Virus record (IMG/VR): IMGVR_UViG_3300051212_000147
Location: 1 to 24,632 of that record
Source of the DNA: a virus
Lineage: Duplodnaviria; Caudoviricetes
Reading direction: 5' to 3' (one strand)
DNA length: 24,632 bases
The first letter of the stretch is position 1; each line of letters begins with the position of its first letter. The translations under genes were made by a program, and so were the position numbers. Shown here in pieces: positions 9,117-16,801 of the stretch. The notes beneath the pieces are model-generated. The model ran no database searches. It had not been told where the DNA came from and was given only the letters and a program-made list of their open reading frames with translations.

Positions 9117-9144
9117 TTGACGATACAACATTTACCTATATAAT
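9117..9144 (+). promoter_or_regulatory. Putative sigma70-type promoter TTGACG-N16-TATAAT
   Basis: -35 at 9117-9122 and -10 at 9139-9144 in a 72-nt intergenic gap. The spacer is 16 nt, one short of optimal. Confidence 0.5.
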
Positions 9145-9170
9145 AGCATTACCGTCTCAAGGTAAGACAC

Positions 9171-9404
9171 ATGGATACTAAAACCTGCCCTAAGTGTGGG
9201 GCTTGCTGGATTGGTGGACAGCACTATTGGGTTGGCACAAATAAAAAGGGTAATGAAACTGAACTCGCTTCTTTAGTTTGTGACAAGTTTGGAGATGACA
9301 CCTGTATCAATCCAGCACAAGGAACCACCAAAGGCGATGGGTGGGAAAAAAGATTAAATAGTATGGACGATATAGAAAAGGATATTAGAAGAGCAAATGA
9401 GTGA
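9171..9404 (+). CDS. 77-aa Cys-rich hypothetical protein
   Basis: CPKCGACW..GQHYW..C..CINP pattern; AAGGT SD; overlaps the g17 start. Confidence 0.8.
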   Translation: MDTKTCPKCGACWIGGQHYWVGTNKKGNETELASLVCDKFGDDTCINPAQGTTKGDGWEKRLNSMDDIEKDIRRANE

Positions 9405-11058
9405 TGCAGTATATCTTGGTAATCCCAATTTAAAGAAAGCTAATACCGCTATTAGTTTTACAAAGGAACAAGTTGAAGAATTTATCAAATGCAAAGATGA
9501 CCCCGTTTACTTTGCAAGAAACTATGTGAAGATTATTTCTCTTGATGAAGGTCTTGTTCCTTTTGAGATGTATGATTTCCAAGAGAAACTCATTACTAAC
9601 TTCCACGAAAATAGATTTAATATTGCTAAACTTCCCAGACAGACAGGAAAATCTACAACAGTTATTTCCTATCTGTTGCATTATGCTGTCTTCAACGACA
9701 ACATCAAAATTGCTATTCTAGCAAACAAAGCAGAAACGTCAAGAGAACTTCTGTCTCGTTTGCAGCTGGCATATGAAAACTTACCTAAGTGGATGCAGCA
9801 AGGCGTCATAGGATGGAACAAAGGTTCACTTGAACTAGATAACGGTTCCAAGATTATCGCTGCTTCCACCTCATCATCCGCCGTGCGAGGAAACTCTTTT
9901 AACATCATCTTCCTTGACGAGTTTGCGTTCGTTCCTAACCACATGGCAGAGCAGTTTTTCAGCTCTGTGTATCCTACTATCTCATCTGGTAAGACAACCA
10001 AAGTTATTATTATCTCTACCCCACAGGGTATGAATATGTTCTACAAGCTCTGGCATGATGCAGAGCGTGGTAGAAACGGTTATGTGCCTCTGGAAGTACA
10101 TTGGAGTCAAGTTCCTGGCAGAGATGAGAAGTGGAAAGAAGAGACCATCAGGAACACCTCTGAGAGGCAGTTCACTCAGGAATTTGAGTGTGAATTCCTA
10201 GGTTCGGTTGATACTCTTATCTCTGCGGCTAAGTTGCGTTCAATGGTTTTTGAAGACCCCATTCAAGATAATGGTAAAGGATTGAAAGTATACGAGGAAG
10301 CAAAACCAGACCGCGACTATATCATGACGGTTGACGTATCCCGTGGAACCAACAATGATTACTCCGCTTTTGTCGTATTTGATATTACTACACTACCTTG
10401 GAAGATAGTTGCTAAGTATCGAAACAACGAAATCAAACCAATCCTATTCCCCAACATTATTGAACAGGTCGGCAAGAACTACAACAAAGCATATATCCTA
10501 GCAGAAGTCAATGACATTGGAGAACAGGTTACTAATATTCTTCACTATGATTTGGAGTATCCAAACATTCTTATGTGTGCTATGAGAGGTCGCGCTGGTC
10601 AGATTGTAGGTCAGGGATTCTCTGGCACCAAATCTCAACTTGGTCTAAAGATGTCAAAGGTGACTAAGAAGGTTGGATGCTCTAATTTAAAAACACTGAT
10701 TGAGGATGACAAACTTCTAATCTCTGATTACGAAATTATCAGTGAACTCACTACATTCATTCAGAAAAATCAATCGTTTGAAGCTGACGATGGATATAAC
10801 GATGACCTTGTGATGTGTCTAGTTCTATTCTCGTGGTTGGCGGTTCAACCCTATTTCAGGGAGATGACTGATAATGATGTTCGCAAGCGTATCTACGAAG
10901 AACAAAAAAATCAAATTGAACAAGACATGGCACCATTTGGATTTATATCAGATGGATTAGATGAAGAAGAAAGAATTATTGATGAAGATGGAAATGTTTG
11001 GTATATGGATGGTTATGGAAATCCTTATGCAGACGTAGAATACATGTTAGGTTTCTAA
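9397..11058 (+). CDS. gp17: Terminase large subunit gp17
   Basis: YLGNPNLK, Walker A PRQTGKST, Walker B IIFLDEFAF, STPQG, nuclease VDVSRG and DDLVM motifs. No intein or intron-sized insert. Confidence 0.98.
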   Translation: MSDAVYLGNPNLKKANTAISFTKEQVEEFIKCKDDPVYFARNYVKIISLDEGLVPFEMYDFQEKLITNFHENRFNIAKLPRQTGKSTTVISYLLHYAVFNDNIKIAILANKAETSRELLSRLQLAYENLPKWMQQGVIGWNKGSLELDNGSKIIAASTSSSAVRGNSFNIIFLDEFAFVPNHMAEQFFSSVYPTISSGKTTKVIIISTPQGMNMFYKLWHDAERGRNGYVPLEVHWSQVPGRDEKWKEETIRNTSERQFTQEFECEFLGSVDTLISAAKLRSMVFEDPIQDNGKGLKVYEEAKPDRDYIMTVDVSRGTNNDYSAFVVFDITTLPWKIVAKYRNNEIKPILFPNIIEQVGKNYNKAYILAEVNDIGEQVTNILHYDLEYPNILMCAMRGRAGQIVGQGFSGTKSQLGLKMSKVTKKVGCSNLKTLIEDDKLLISDYEIISELTTFIQKNQSFEADDGYNDDLVMCLVLFSWLAVQPYFREMTDNDVRKRIYEEQKNQIEQDMAPFGFISDGLDEEERIIDEDGNVWYMDGYGNPYADVEYMLGF

Positions 11059-11285
11059 TGGATATCGAAGATGAGTTTTCTTTAGACCACTTACTTTTCA
11101 AAGAAAGACAATGTAGGGTTTGTGGAGAAACCAAAGACCTCATGACAGATTTCTATGTGGTTCGTAAACATAAAAAATACTTAGCATCTTCATATTCATA
11201 CGAGTGCAAACAATGCACAGTAAAAAGAATTCAGTCAAATAGAACACTAAAAAATTCTGATGTGTGGCAGTATCCTGACTGGTAA
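11058..11285 (+). CDS. 75-aa zinc-finger protein (CxxC...CxxC, C-terminal YPDW)
   Basis: ATG at 11058 overlaps the g17 stop (TAATG) and is preferred over the listed 10998 start. Sequence CRVCGETKDLMTDFY...YECKQC. Confidence 0.8.
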   Translation: MDIEDEFSLDHLLFKERQCRVCGETKDLMTDFYVVRKHKKYLASSYSYECKQCTVKRIQSNRTLKNSDVWQYPDW

Positions 11286-11325
11286 TGTGTTCATGCATTG
11301 TTTCCCCATTTGAAGTAATCATTTT

Positions 11326-11333
11326 CATAAATA
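11326..11333 (+). promoter_or_regulatory. Late promoter variant CATAAATA
   Basis: Intergenic, upstream of the g18 SD GAGGA. Confidence 0.7.
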
Positions 11334-11374
11334 TTTGTAGTTAAAAATGAACTATCTTTCACGAGGAAACAAAC

Positions 11375-13591
11375 ATGGCAGGTCAAGTATCACCTGGAAT
11401 TGTTCTAAGAGAACGTGATCTAACTACTCAAACTATTGTAAATACCCAAGCAAATACAGCAGCTTTAGTAGGTAGTTTTGCAAAAGGTCCAGTAGGAACA
11501 ATTACTAGCGTAACAACAGAAAAAGAATTATATGAATATTTTGGTGCTCCAACAAATAATAATTATGAAGATTGGTTTAGTGCATCAACATTCCTTTCAT
11601 ATGGTGGACAACTTCAAGTTGTGAGAATTGAAGATGCTGCTTTAAAAAATGCAGTTACTGATGCTGGATCTTCATCTTCAAATGCAACAAAATTATATGT
11701 TGTTTCATCATCCTCATTTGCTGTGAATGATTTGGTAAAAGTTGGTTCAGAATATTTTCTAGTAACTGCTGTTACAAATACCGCTGGAGAAAAAAGTTTA
11801 ACAGTAACTAGACAACAACTAGGTTCAGCAGCTGGCAACTATGCTAGTGGTGCTGCTGTTACTAAATGGACCAAAGCAGAAAGTGCTACAGTATCTGCAA
11901 TTATCGAGCAAAATGCATCACCAGAATTAACTGCAGTAGAAACAACAATTTCAGTTGATACGATTGCTGGATTTACTGTCAACTCATACGCAGTTATCAA
12001 GAGAAGTCCATCTGGTGGAACTACTGGAGTAACTTCAGAAACAGTAAAAATTGTTTCTATTGATTCGGAATCAAAAGTTATTACGGTAGAAAGAGGTCAA
12101 CTAGGTTCAACCGCTATTGCTTTTGATGATGATCAAGATGCTGGTTCTGGCGAATTAGGAGTTCCAACTCTAGAATTGAGACAGTTGGATTTTGCAACTG
12201 CAACTCCTGCTGTATCTTCAGCACTATCTGCTGCATATCCAGTAGTAACAGTAACAGGAATTATTGCTCCATTGATTAAAAATAAAGATAATTTTGAATC
12301 AAATTATTCTAGTTATACTTGGAAATTTGCTGCAAGAACTGCAGGTGAATGGGCAAATAATTACCAAGTAGCTTGGGTAGACGGTTCTACATCATCAAAT
12401 GCTTATTCGACTTTAACTATCACTGGTGTCGCTGGAACTACTCAGTGGAGTACAATCGCAGCAAAACCAAATGGAGCATCTGATTTGCACATTGTTGTTC
12501 TAGATAATTCTGGAAATATTGTAGAAACTTTCTTATACGTTTCTTCACTTGCTTCTTCAACTGATGAGCAAGGATCTTCAAATTATTATGTTAATGTTAT
12601 TAACGCTCGTTCTTCTTACATTTATGCTGGAGCTGCTGGGTTAACTGGTGGTAATGGTATTCTTACTTTGTCTGCAGGATCAAACGCTTGGACAACTAAT
12701 GTTGCAAACATTAACAATTCATATGATCTGTTTGCTGATACCGAAGAGATTGAAATTGATTTTGTCTTAGTTGGTGGAAGTTTATCTGATAAAACTGATC
12801 AAATTTCTAAAGCACAAAAAGCAGTAGGTCTTGCTTCTAGCAGAAAAGATTGCGTTGCTTTTGTTTCTCCACATAAAGGATTTATTGCACTGTCTTCTCC
12901 ATCTGCACAAAGAGATGAAATTGTTTCTTTCTTTGATGCTATTGCTTCAACTTCATACGCTGTTTTAGATAGTGGTTACAAATATATCTACGATAGATTT
13001 AATGATGTATATCGTTATGTTCCTTGCAATGCTGACGTTGCTGGACTATGTGTACAAACATCTTCCAATTTGGAAGATTGGTTCTCTCCAGCTGGACTAA
13101 GTAGAGGAAATTTAAAGAACGTAGTTAAATTAGCATACGTTCCATCTAAGACAGATAGAGATAAACTCTATTTAAAGAGAATCAATCCAATCACTTCATT
13201 CCCTGGTTCTGGAGTAGTTCTTTTTGGTGATAAAACAGCTCTCTCAACTCCAAGTGCATTCGACAGAATTAATGTTCGTCGTCTTTTCCTAACTGTGGAG
13301 AAAAGAATTGCTTCATTAGCAAAGAGTGTTTTATTTGAATTAAATGATGTAACCACAAGATCATCTTTTGCTGCTTCAGCTGCTTCTTATCTTGCTGAGG
13401 TAAAAGCAAAAAGAGGTGTTACGGATTATTTGGTTGTTTGCGACGAAACAAATAATACCGCTGATGTTATTGATAGAAATGAATTTGTCGCAGAAATTTA
13501 TCTTAAGCCTGCTAGATCAATTAATTACGTCACTATTACGTTTGTTGCCACAAGATCTGGTGTTAGCTTCAATGAAGTAACTGGTCGTTGA
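11375..13591 (+). CDS. gp18: Tail sheath protein gp18
   Basis: SPGIVLRERDLT, FLSYGGQLQVVR, RKDCVAFVSP, WFSPAG..RG, FGDKT, FDRINVRRLF and IYLKPARSIN motifs. Confidence 0.97.
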   Translation: MAGQVSPGIVLRERDLTTQTIVNTQANTAALVGSFAKGPVGTITSVTTEKELYEYFGAPTNNNYEDWFSASTFLSYGGQLQVVRIEDAALKNAVTDAGSSSSNATKLYVVSSSSFAVNDLVKVGSEYFLVTAVTNTAGEKSLTVTRQQLGSAAGNYASGAAVTKWTKAESATVSAIIEQNASPELTAVETTISVDTIAGFTVNSYAVIKRSPSGGTTGVTSETVKIVSIDSESKVITVERGQLGSTAIAFDDDQDAGSGELGVPTLELRQLDFATATPAVSSALSAAYPVVTVTGIIAPLIKNKDNFESNYSSYTWKFAARTAGEWANNYQVAWVDGSTSSNAYSTLTITGVAGTTQWSTIAAKPNGASDLHIVVLDNSGNIVETFLYVSSLASSTDEQGSSNYYVNVINARSSYIYAGAAGLTGGNGILTLSAGSNAWTTNVANINNSYDLFADTEEIEIDFVLVGGSLSDKTDQISKAQKAVGLASSRKDCVAFVSPHKGFIALSSPSAQRDEIVSFFDAIASTSYAVLDSGYKYIYDRFNDVYRYVPCNADVAGLCVQTSSNLEDWFSPAGLSRGNLKNVVKLAYVPSKTDRDKLYLKRINPITSFPGSGVVLFGDKTALSTPSAFDRINVRRLFLTVEKRIASLAKSVLFELNDVTTRSSFAASAASYLAEVKAKRGVTDYLVVCDETNNTADVIDRNEFVAEIYLKPARSINYVTITFVATRSGVSFNEVTGR

Positions 13592-13624
13592 TTTTTTTAA
13601 AAATAAAACAGGAGAGTACCCAAA

Positions 13625-14221
13625 ATGGCAAACAGCAACGTTAGAGATTTCTTAGGTAAAGTTAATCAAGGAGTGAGACCTAATCTATTTTATGTTAATA
13701 TTCAATTCCCAGATCAATTAGAAGATAAGTTAGTAGGTGATGATATCGAATTAACAAATCTTCTATGCAAATCAGCAGCACTTCCAGCATCTAACTTAGG
13801 TGTTATTGAAGTTCCTTTTAGAGGAAGAACGGTAAAAATTGCTGGAGACAGAACATTTGATACATGGACAGCAACCTTTATCAATGATAAAGATTTTAAA
13901 ATTCGTGGTGTTATGGAGCGTTGGATGAGAGCAATTAATGCTCATGAAGCCAACACTGCAGAACAATGGACCCCACAAACAAGTGATGGTTACACTGCTG
14001 ATATTGTCGTCCATCAATTAGAGAGAAGAGATATTACTGATGATCCAGGTGGTCATATCATGAGATCTTATAAATTTGTACAATGTTTCCCAACTAACGT
14101 TTCTCAGATTGATCTTGCTTATGATAGCAACGATCAGATTGAGGACTTCACAGTTGAGTTCCAACTTCAATATTGGACAGCAGGAAATAACGCACCTGAT
14201 TACAACAATCTTATTGCTTGA
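13625..14221 (+). CDS. gp19: Tail tube protein gp19
   Basis: RPNLF, LCKSAALPAS, VPFRGRTVKIAGDRTFDTW and IEDFTVEFQLQYW motifs. Confidence 0.97.
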   Translation: MANSNVRDFLGKVNQGVRPNLFYVNIQFPDQLEDKLVGDDIELTNLLCKSAALPASNLGVIEVPFRGRTVKIAGDRTFDTWTATFINDKDFKIRGVMERWMRAINAHEANTAEQWTPQTSDGYTADIVVHQLERRDITDDPGGHIMRSYKFVQCFPTNVSQIDLAYDSNDQIEDFTVEFQLQYWTAGNNAPDYNNLIA

Positions 14222-14227
14222 TAAATA
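14220..14227 (+). promoter_or_regulatory. Late promoter variant GATAAATA
   Basis: Overlaps the g19 stop, upstream of g20. Confidence 0.65.
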
Positions 14228-14254
14228 TATCATAGTCAGTGAGACACTTTAAAC

Positions 14255-15883
14255 ATGAGTCAATTATTTGGATTCTCAATTAAATCTAAACAGGAGGAAT
14301 TGAAGGGGCAATCCCCAATTCCTCCTTCAGCGGATGACGCAGTAACCACCGTAGCTGGTGGTTATTTTGGTTCATATGTAGATATCGATGGCGTAGCAAG
14401 AAATGAGTTTGACCTCATCAAACGCTACCGTGATATGTCTATGCATCCAGAGGTTGATTCTGCTATTGATGAAATTGTTAACGAAGCAATTAACTCTAGT
14501 TTAGATGATACTCCAGTTCAAATTGAATTATCAAATTTAGAAGTAAGCGAATCAATCAAAAAGAAAATTCGTGAAGAGTTTCAATACATACTTCGTCTTC
14601 TTAAATTTGATACTAGAGCACATGAAATTTTTAGAACTTGGTATATTGATGGTCGCATATACTACCATAAAGTTATCAATCTTGCTAATCCTAAAGCAGG
14701 TATTACTGAACTCAGATACATCGACCCACTGAAAATTAAGAAGGTCAGAGTTCAAAATAAAGACCCAAGATTATCACAAGTATTATCTGCGAATACTGCA
14801 GACCCCTCAAATGCTTTAGCATATGACTTTGGAAATTATGTAGAGTACTACATGTATAATCCAAAGGGATTCATCAGTTCAACCTTCGATGTCAACAACG
14901 CAACGAGTGGCGTCAAGATTGCGAACGATGCTATCACATATGTAACCTCCAGTATTCAAGATCTTAACAAAAAGATGGTCTTGAGTTTTCTACACAAAGC
15001 AATCAAATCACTTAACCAGCTTCGCATGATTGAAGATGCACTGGTTATCTATCGTTTGTCACGCGCACCAGAAAGAAGAATTTTCTACATCGACGTAGGT
15101 AATCTTCCTAAGGTAAAAGCAGAGCAATACCTTCGTGAAGTTATGGCTCGCTATCGTAACAAACTTGTGTACGATGCACAAACTGGTGAAATCCGCGACG
15201 ACAAAAAGCATATGAGTATGCTTGAAGATTTCTGGCTCCCTCGTCGTGAAGGTGGCAGAGGAACTGAAATCACAACTCTGCCTGGTGGTCAAAATCTGGG
15301 TGAACTCAAAGATGTCGAATACTTTAAAAAGAAACTATACAACTCTCTCAACCTTCCACCTTCACGTCTAGATGATGCAAACCAAGGATTCTCACTTGGT
15401 CGTTCATCCGAAATCCTTCGTGATGAACTTAAATTTGCTAAATGGATTGGTCGTCTTCGCAAAAAATTTAGCGCACTATTCCACGACATTCTCAAAACTC
15501 AACTCATTTTAAAAGGTGTTATTGCACCTGAAGATTGGGAAGAGATGCAAGAGCATATTCAATACGACTATCAATTTGATAATCATTTTGAAGAACTTAA
15601 GCAAGCAGAACTAATGGGCAATCGCCTACAAGTTGCAACTGCACTTGACCCTTTCCTCGGAAAGTATTATTCAATTGAGTATGTTAGAAAGCAAGTTCTT
15701 ATGCAGAACGATGCTGAGTATGAAGAAATCTCTATGCAAATGGAGAATGAGATTGCGGAAGGTAAGATTCCTGATCCTGTTCATACCAACCTAATGAATG
15801 CAGCAACTCTGGAAGTAGGAGCAATGCCTCCACCACCACCAGCACCTGCTGCTGCACCTAAACCTAAAACATCAGAAAAATAA
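14255..15883 (+). CDS. gp20: Portal vertex protein gp20
   Basis: QLFGFSI, IYRLSRAPERRIFYIDVGNLPK and EDFWLPRREGGRGTEITTLPGG motifs. Confidence 0.98.
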   Translation: MSQLFGFSIKSKQEELKGQSPIPPSADDAVTTVAGGYFGSYVDIDGVARNEFDLIKRYRDMSMHPEVDSAIDEIVNEAINSSLDDTPVQIELSNLEVSESIKKKIREEFQYILRLLKFDTRAHEIFRTWYIDGRIYYHKVINLANPKAGITELRYIDPLKIKKVRVQNKDPRLSQVLSANTADPSNALAYDFGNYVEYYMYNPKGFISSTFDVNNATSGVKIANDAITYVTSSIQDLNKKMVLSFLHKAIKSLNQLRMIEDALVIYRLSRAPERRIFYIDVGNLPKVKAEQYLREVMARYRNKLVYDAQTGEIRDDKKHMSMLEDFWLPRREGGRGTEITTLPGGQNLGELKDVEYFKKKLYNSLNLPPSRLDDANQGFSLGRSSEILRDELKFAKWIGRLRKKFSALFHDILKTQLILKGVIAPEDWEEMQEHIQYDYQFDNHFEELKQAELMGNRLQVATALDPFLGKYYSIEYVRKQVLMQNDAEYEEISMQMENEIAEGKIPDPVHTNLMNAATLEVGAMPPPPPAPAAAPKPKTSEK

Positions 15884-15886
15884 ATA
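15879..15886 (+). promoter_or_regulatory. Late promoter variant AATAAATA
   Basis: Overlaps the g20 stop, upstream of the 66-aa ORF. Confidence 0.65.
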
Positions 15887-15906
15887 ATTTATTATAGGTA
15901 AATCAA

Positions 15907-16107
15907 ATGGATACTATTGAAGTTGTCAATGCCGTTCGTGACGGCAATAGAGTTCAAGCACTCGACAAAATTGCTGACCTCCTCTATGGAAAAGCAGCAG
16001 AAGCAATGAAAGATTACAAGCAGGTTGTTGCACAATCTTTTTTCGATGAACCAGAAACTCCTGAACAGGAGGTAGAAGAAACCCCAGCAGAGGAACCAGA
16101 ACAATGA
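15907..16107 (+). CDS. Small acidic prohead core protein (gp67-like)
   Basis: Lies between g20 and g21, with a helical N-terminus, a Glu/Pro-rich tail and an AGGT SD. Confidence 0.7.
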   Translation: MDTIEVVNAVRDGNRVQALDKIADLLYGKAAEAMKDYKQVVAQSFFDEPETPEQEVEETPAEEPEQ

Positions 16108-16748
16108 AACTAATCACCGAAGCAATTGAGGATATTCAAATCCTCGAAGAAGAAACCAACGGTAAAAAAAATCTTTACATTGAAGGTGTATTCCTTCAGG
16201 GTGATATTAAAAACCGCAACGGTCGTGTATATCCATTTGGCGTTCTAGAACGTGAAGTTGGTAGATACACTGAGCAGTATGTAAATGTTGGTCGTGCTCT
16301 CGGTGAACTAGGTCATCCTGATGGTCCTACTGTTAACTTAGATCGTGTGTCGCATAAAATTGTTTCTCTCAAAGCAGAGGGTTCTAATTTTATTGGTAAA
16401 GCACAGATTCTAAATACACCTATGGGAAACATTGCTAAGTCACTTCTGGAGTCAGGAGTTAAGCTTGGTGTTTCTTCTAGAGGCATGGGTTCTATCGAAG
16501 AGAAGAACGGTGCCAATTATGTTCGTGATGATTTTATGCTCGCAACTGCTGCTGACATTGTAGCAGATCCCTCCGCACCTGACGCATTTGTGAATGGAAT
16601 CATGGAAGGAAAAGAGTGGGTATGGGAAAATGGCATTATTAAGGAAGTTAATATTGCTAAATACCAAAGATATATTTCTGAATCCACCAGAAAAAATCTT
16701 GAGGAGAGGTCGTTGAAAGCTTTCAACCATTTCTTACAAAGTTTGTAA
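16104..16748 (+). CDS. gp21: Prohead protease gp21
   Basis: MKLITE, KNRNGRVYP, ALGELGHP, LGVSSRGMGS and DIVADPSAPDAFV motifs. Confidence 0.97.
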   Translation: MKLITEAIEDIQILEEETNGKKNLYIEGVFLQGDIKNRNGRVYPFGVLEREVGRYTEQYVNVGRALGELGHPDGPTVNLDRVSHKIVSLKAEGSNFIGKAQILNTPMGNIAKSLLESGVKLGVSSRGMGSIEEKNGANYVRDDFMLATAADIVADPSAPDAFVNGIMEGKEWVWENGIIKEVNIAKYQRYISESTRKNLEERSLKAFNHFLQSL

Positions 16749-16751
16749 TTT

Positions 16752-16759
16752 AATAAATA
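16752..16759 (+). promoter_or_regulatory. Late promoter variant AATAAATA
   Basis: Intergenic g21-g22, upstream of SD GAGGA. Confidence 0.7.
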
Positions 16760-16801
16760 ATCATAGAATAAACATATAGTAAGTATTACGAGGAATCTCA
16801 A

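Noticed and set aside
9112-9126. Canonical NtcA box upstream of the 77-aa ORF
   Set aside because: Spacing is GTA-N9-TAC, not N8; kept only as a generic inverted repeat.
10998-11057. Listed 95-aa start for the Zn-finger ORF
   Set aside because: It overlaps the g17 C-terminus by about 60 nt; the coupled ATG at 11058 is more plausible.
11140-11328. Minus-strand hydrophobic peptide with a GGGG SD-like run before an internal ATG
   Set aside because: It is antisense to the Zn-finger gene, no promoter was seen, and hydrophobicity is expected from the reverse of A-rich codons.
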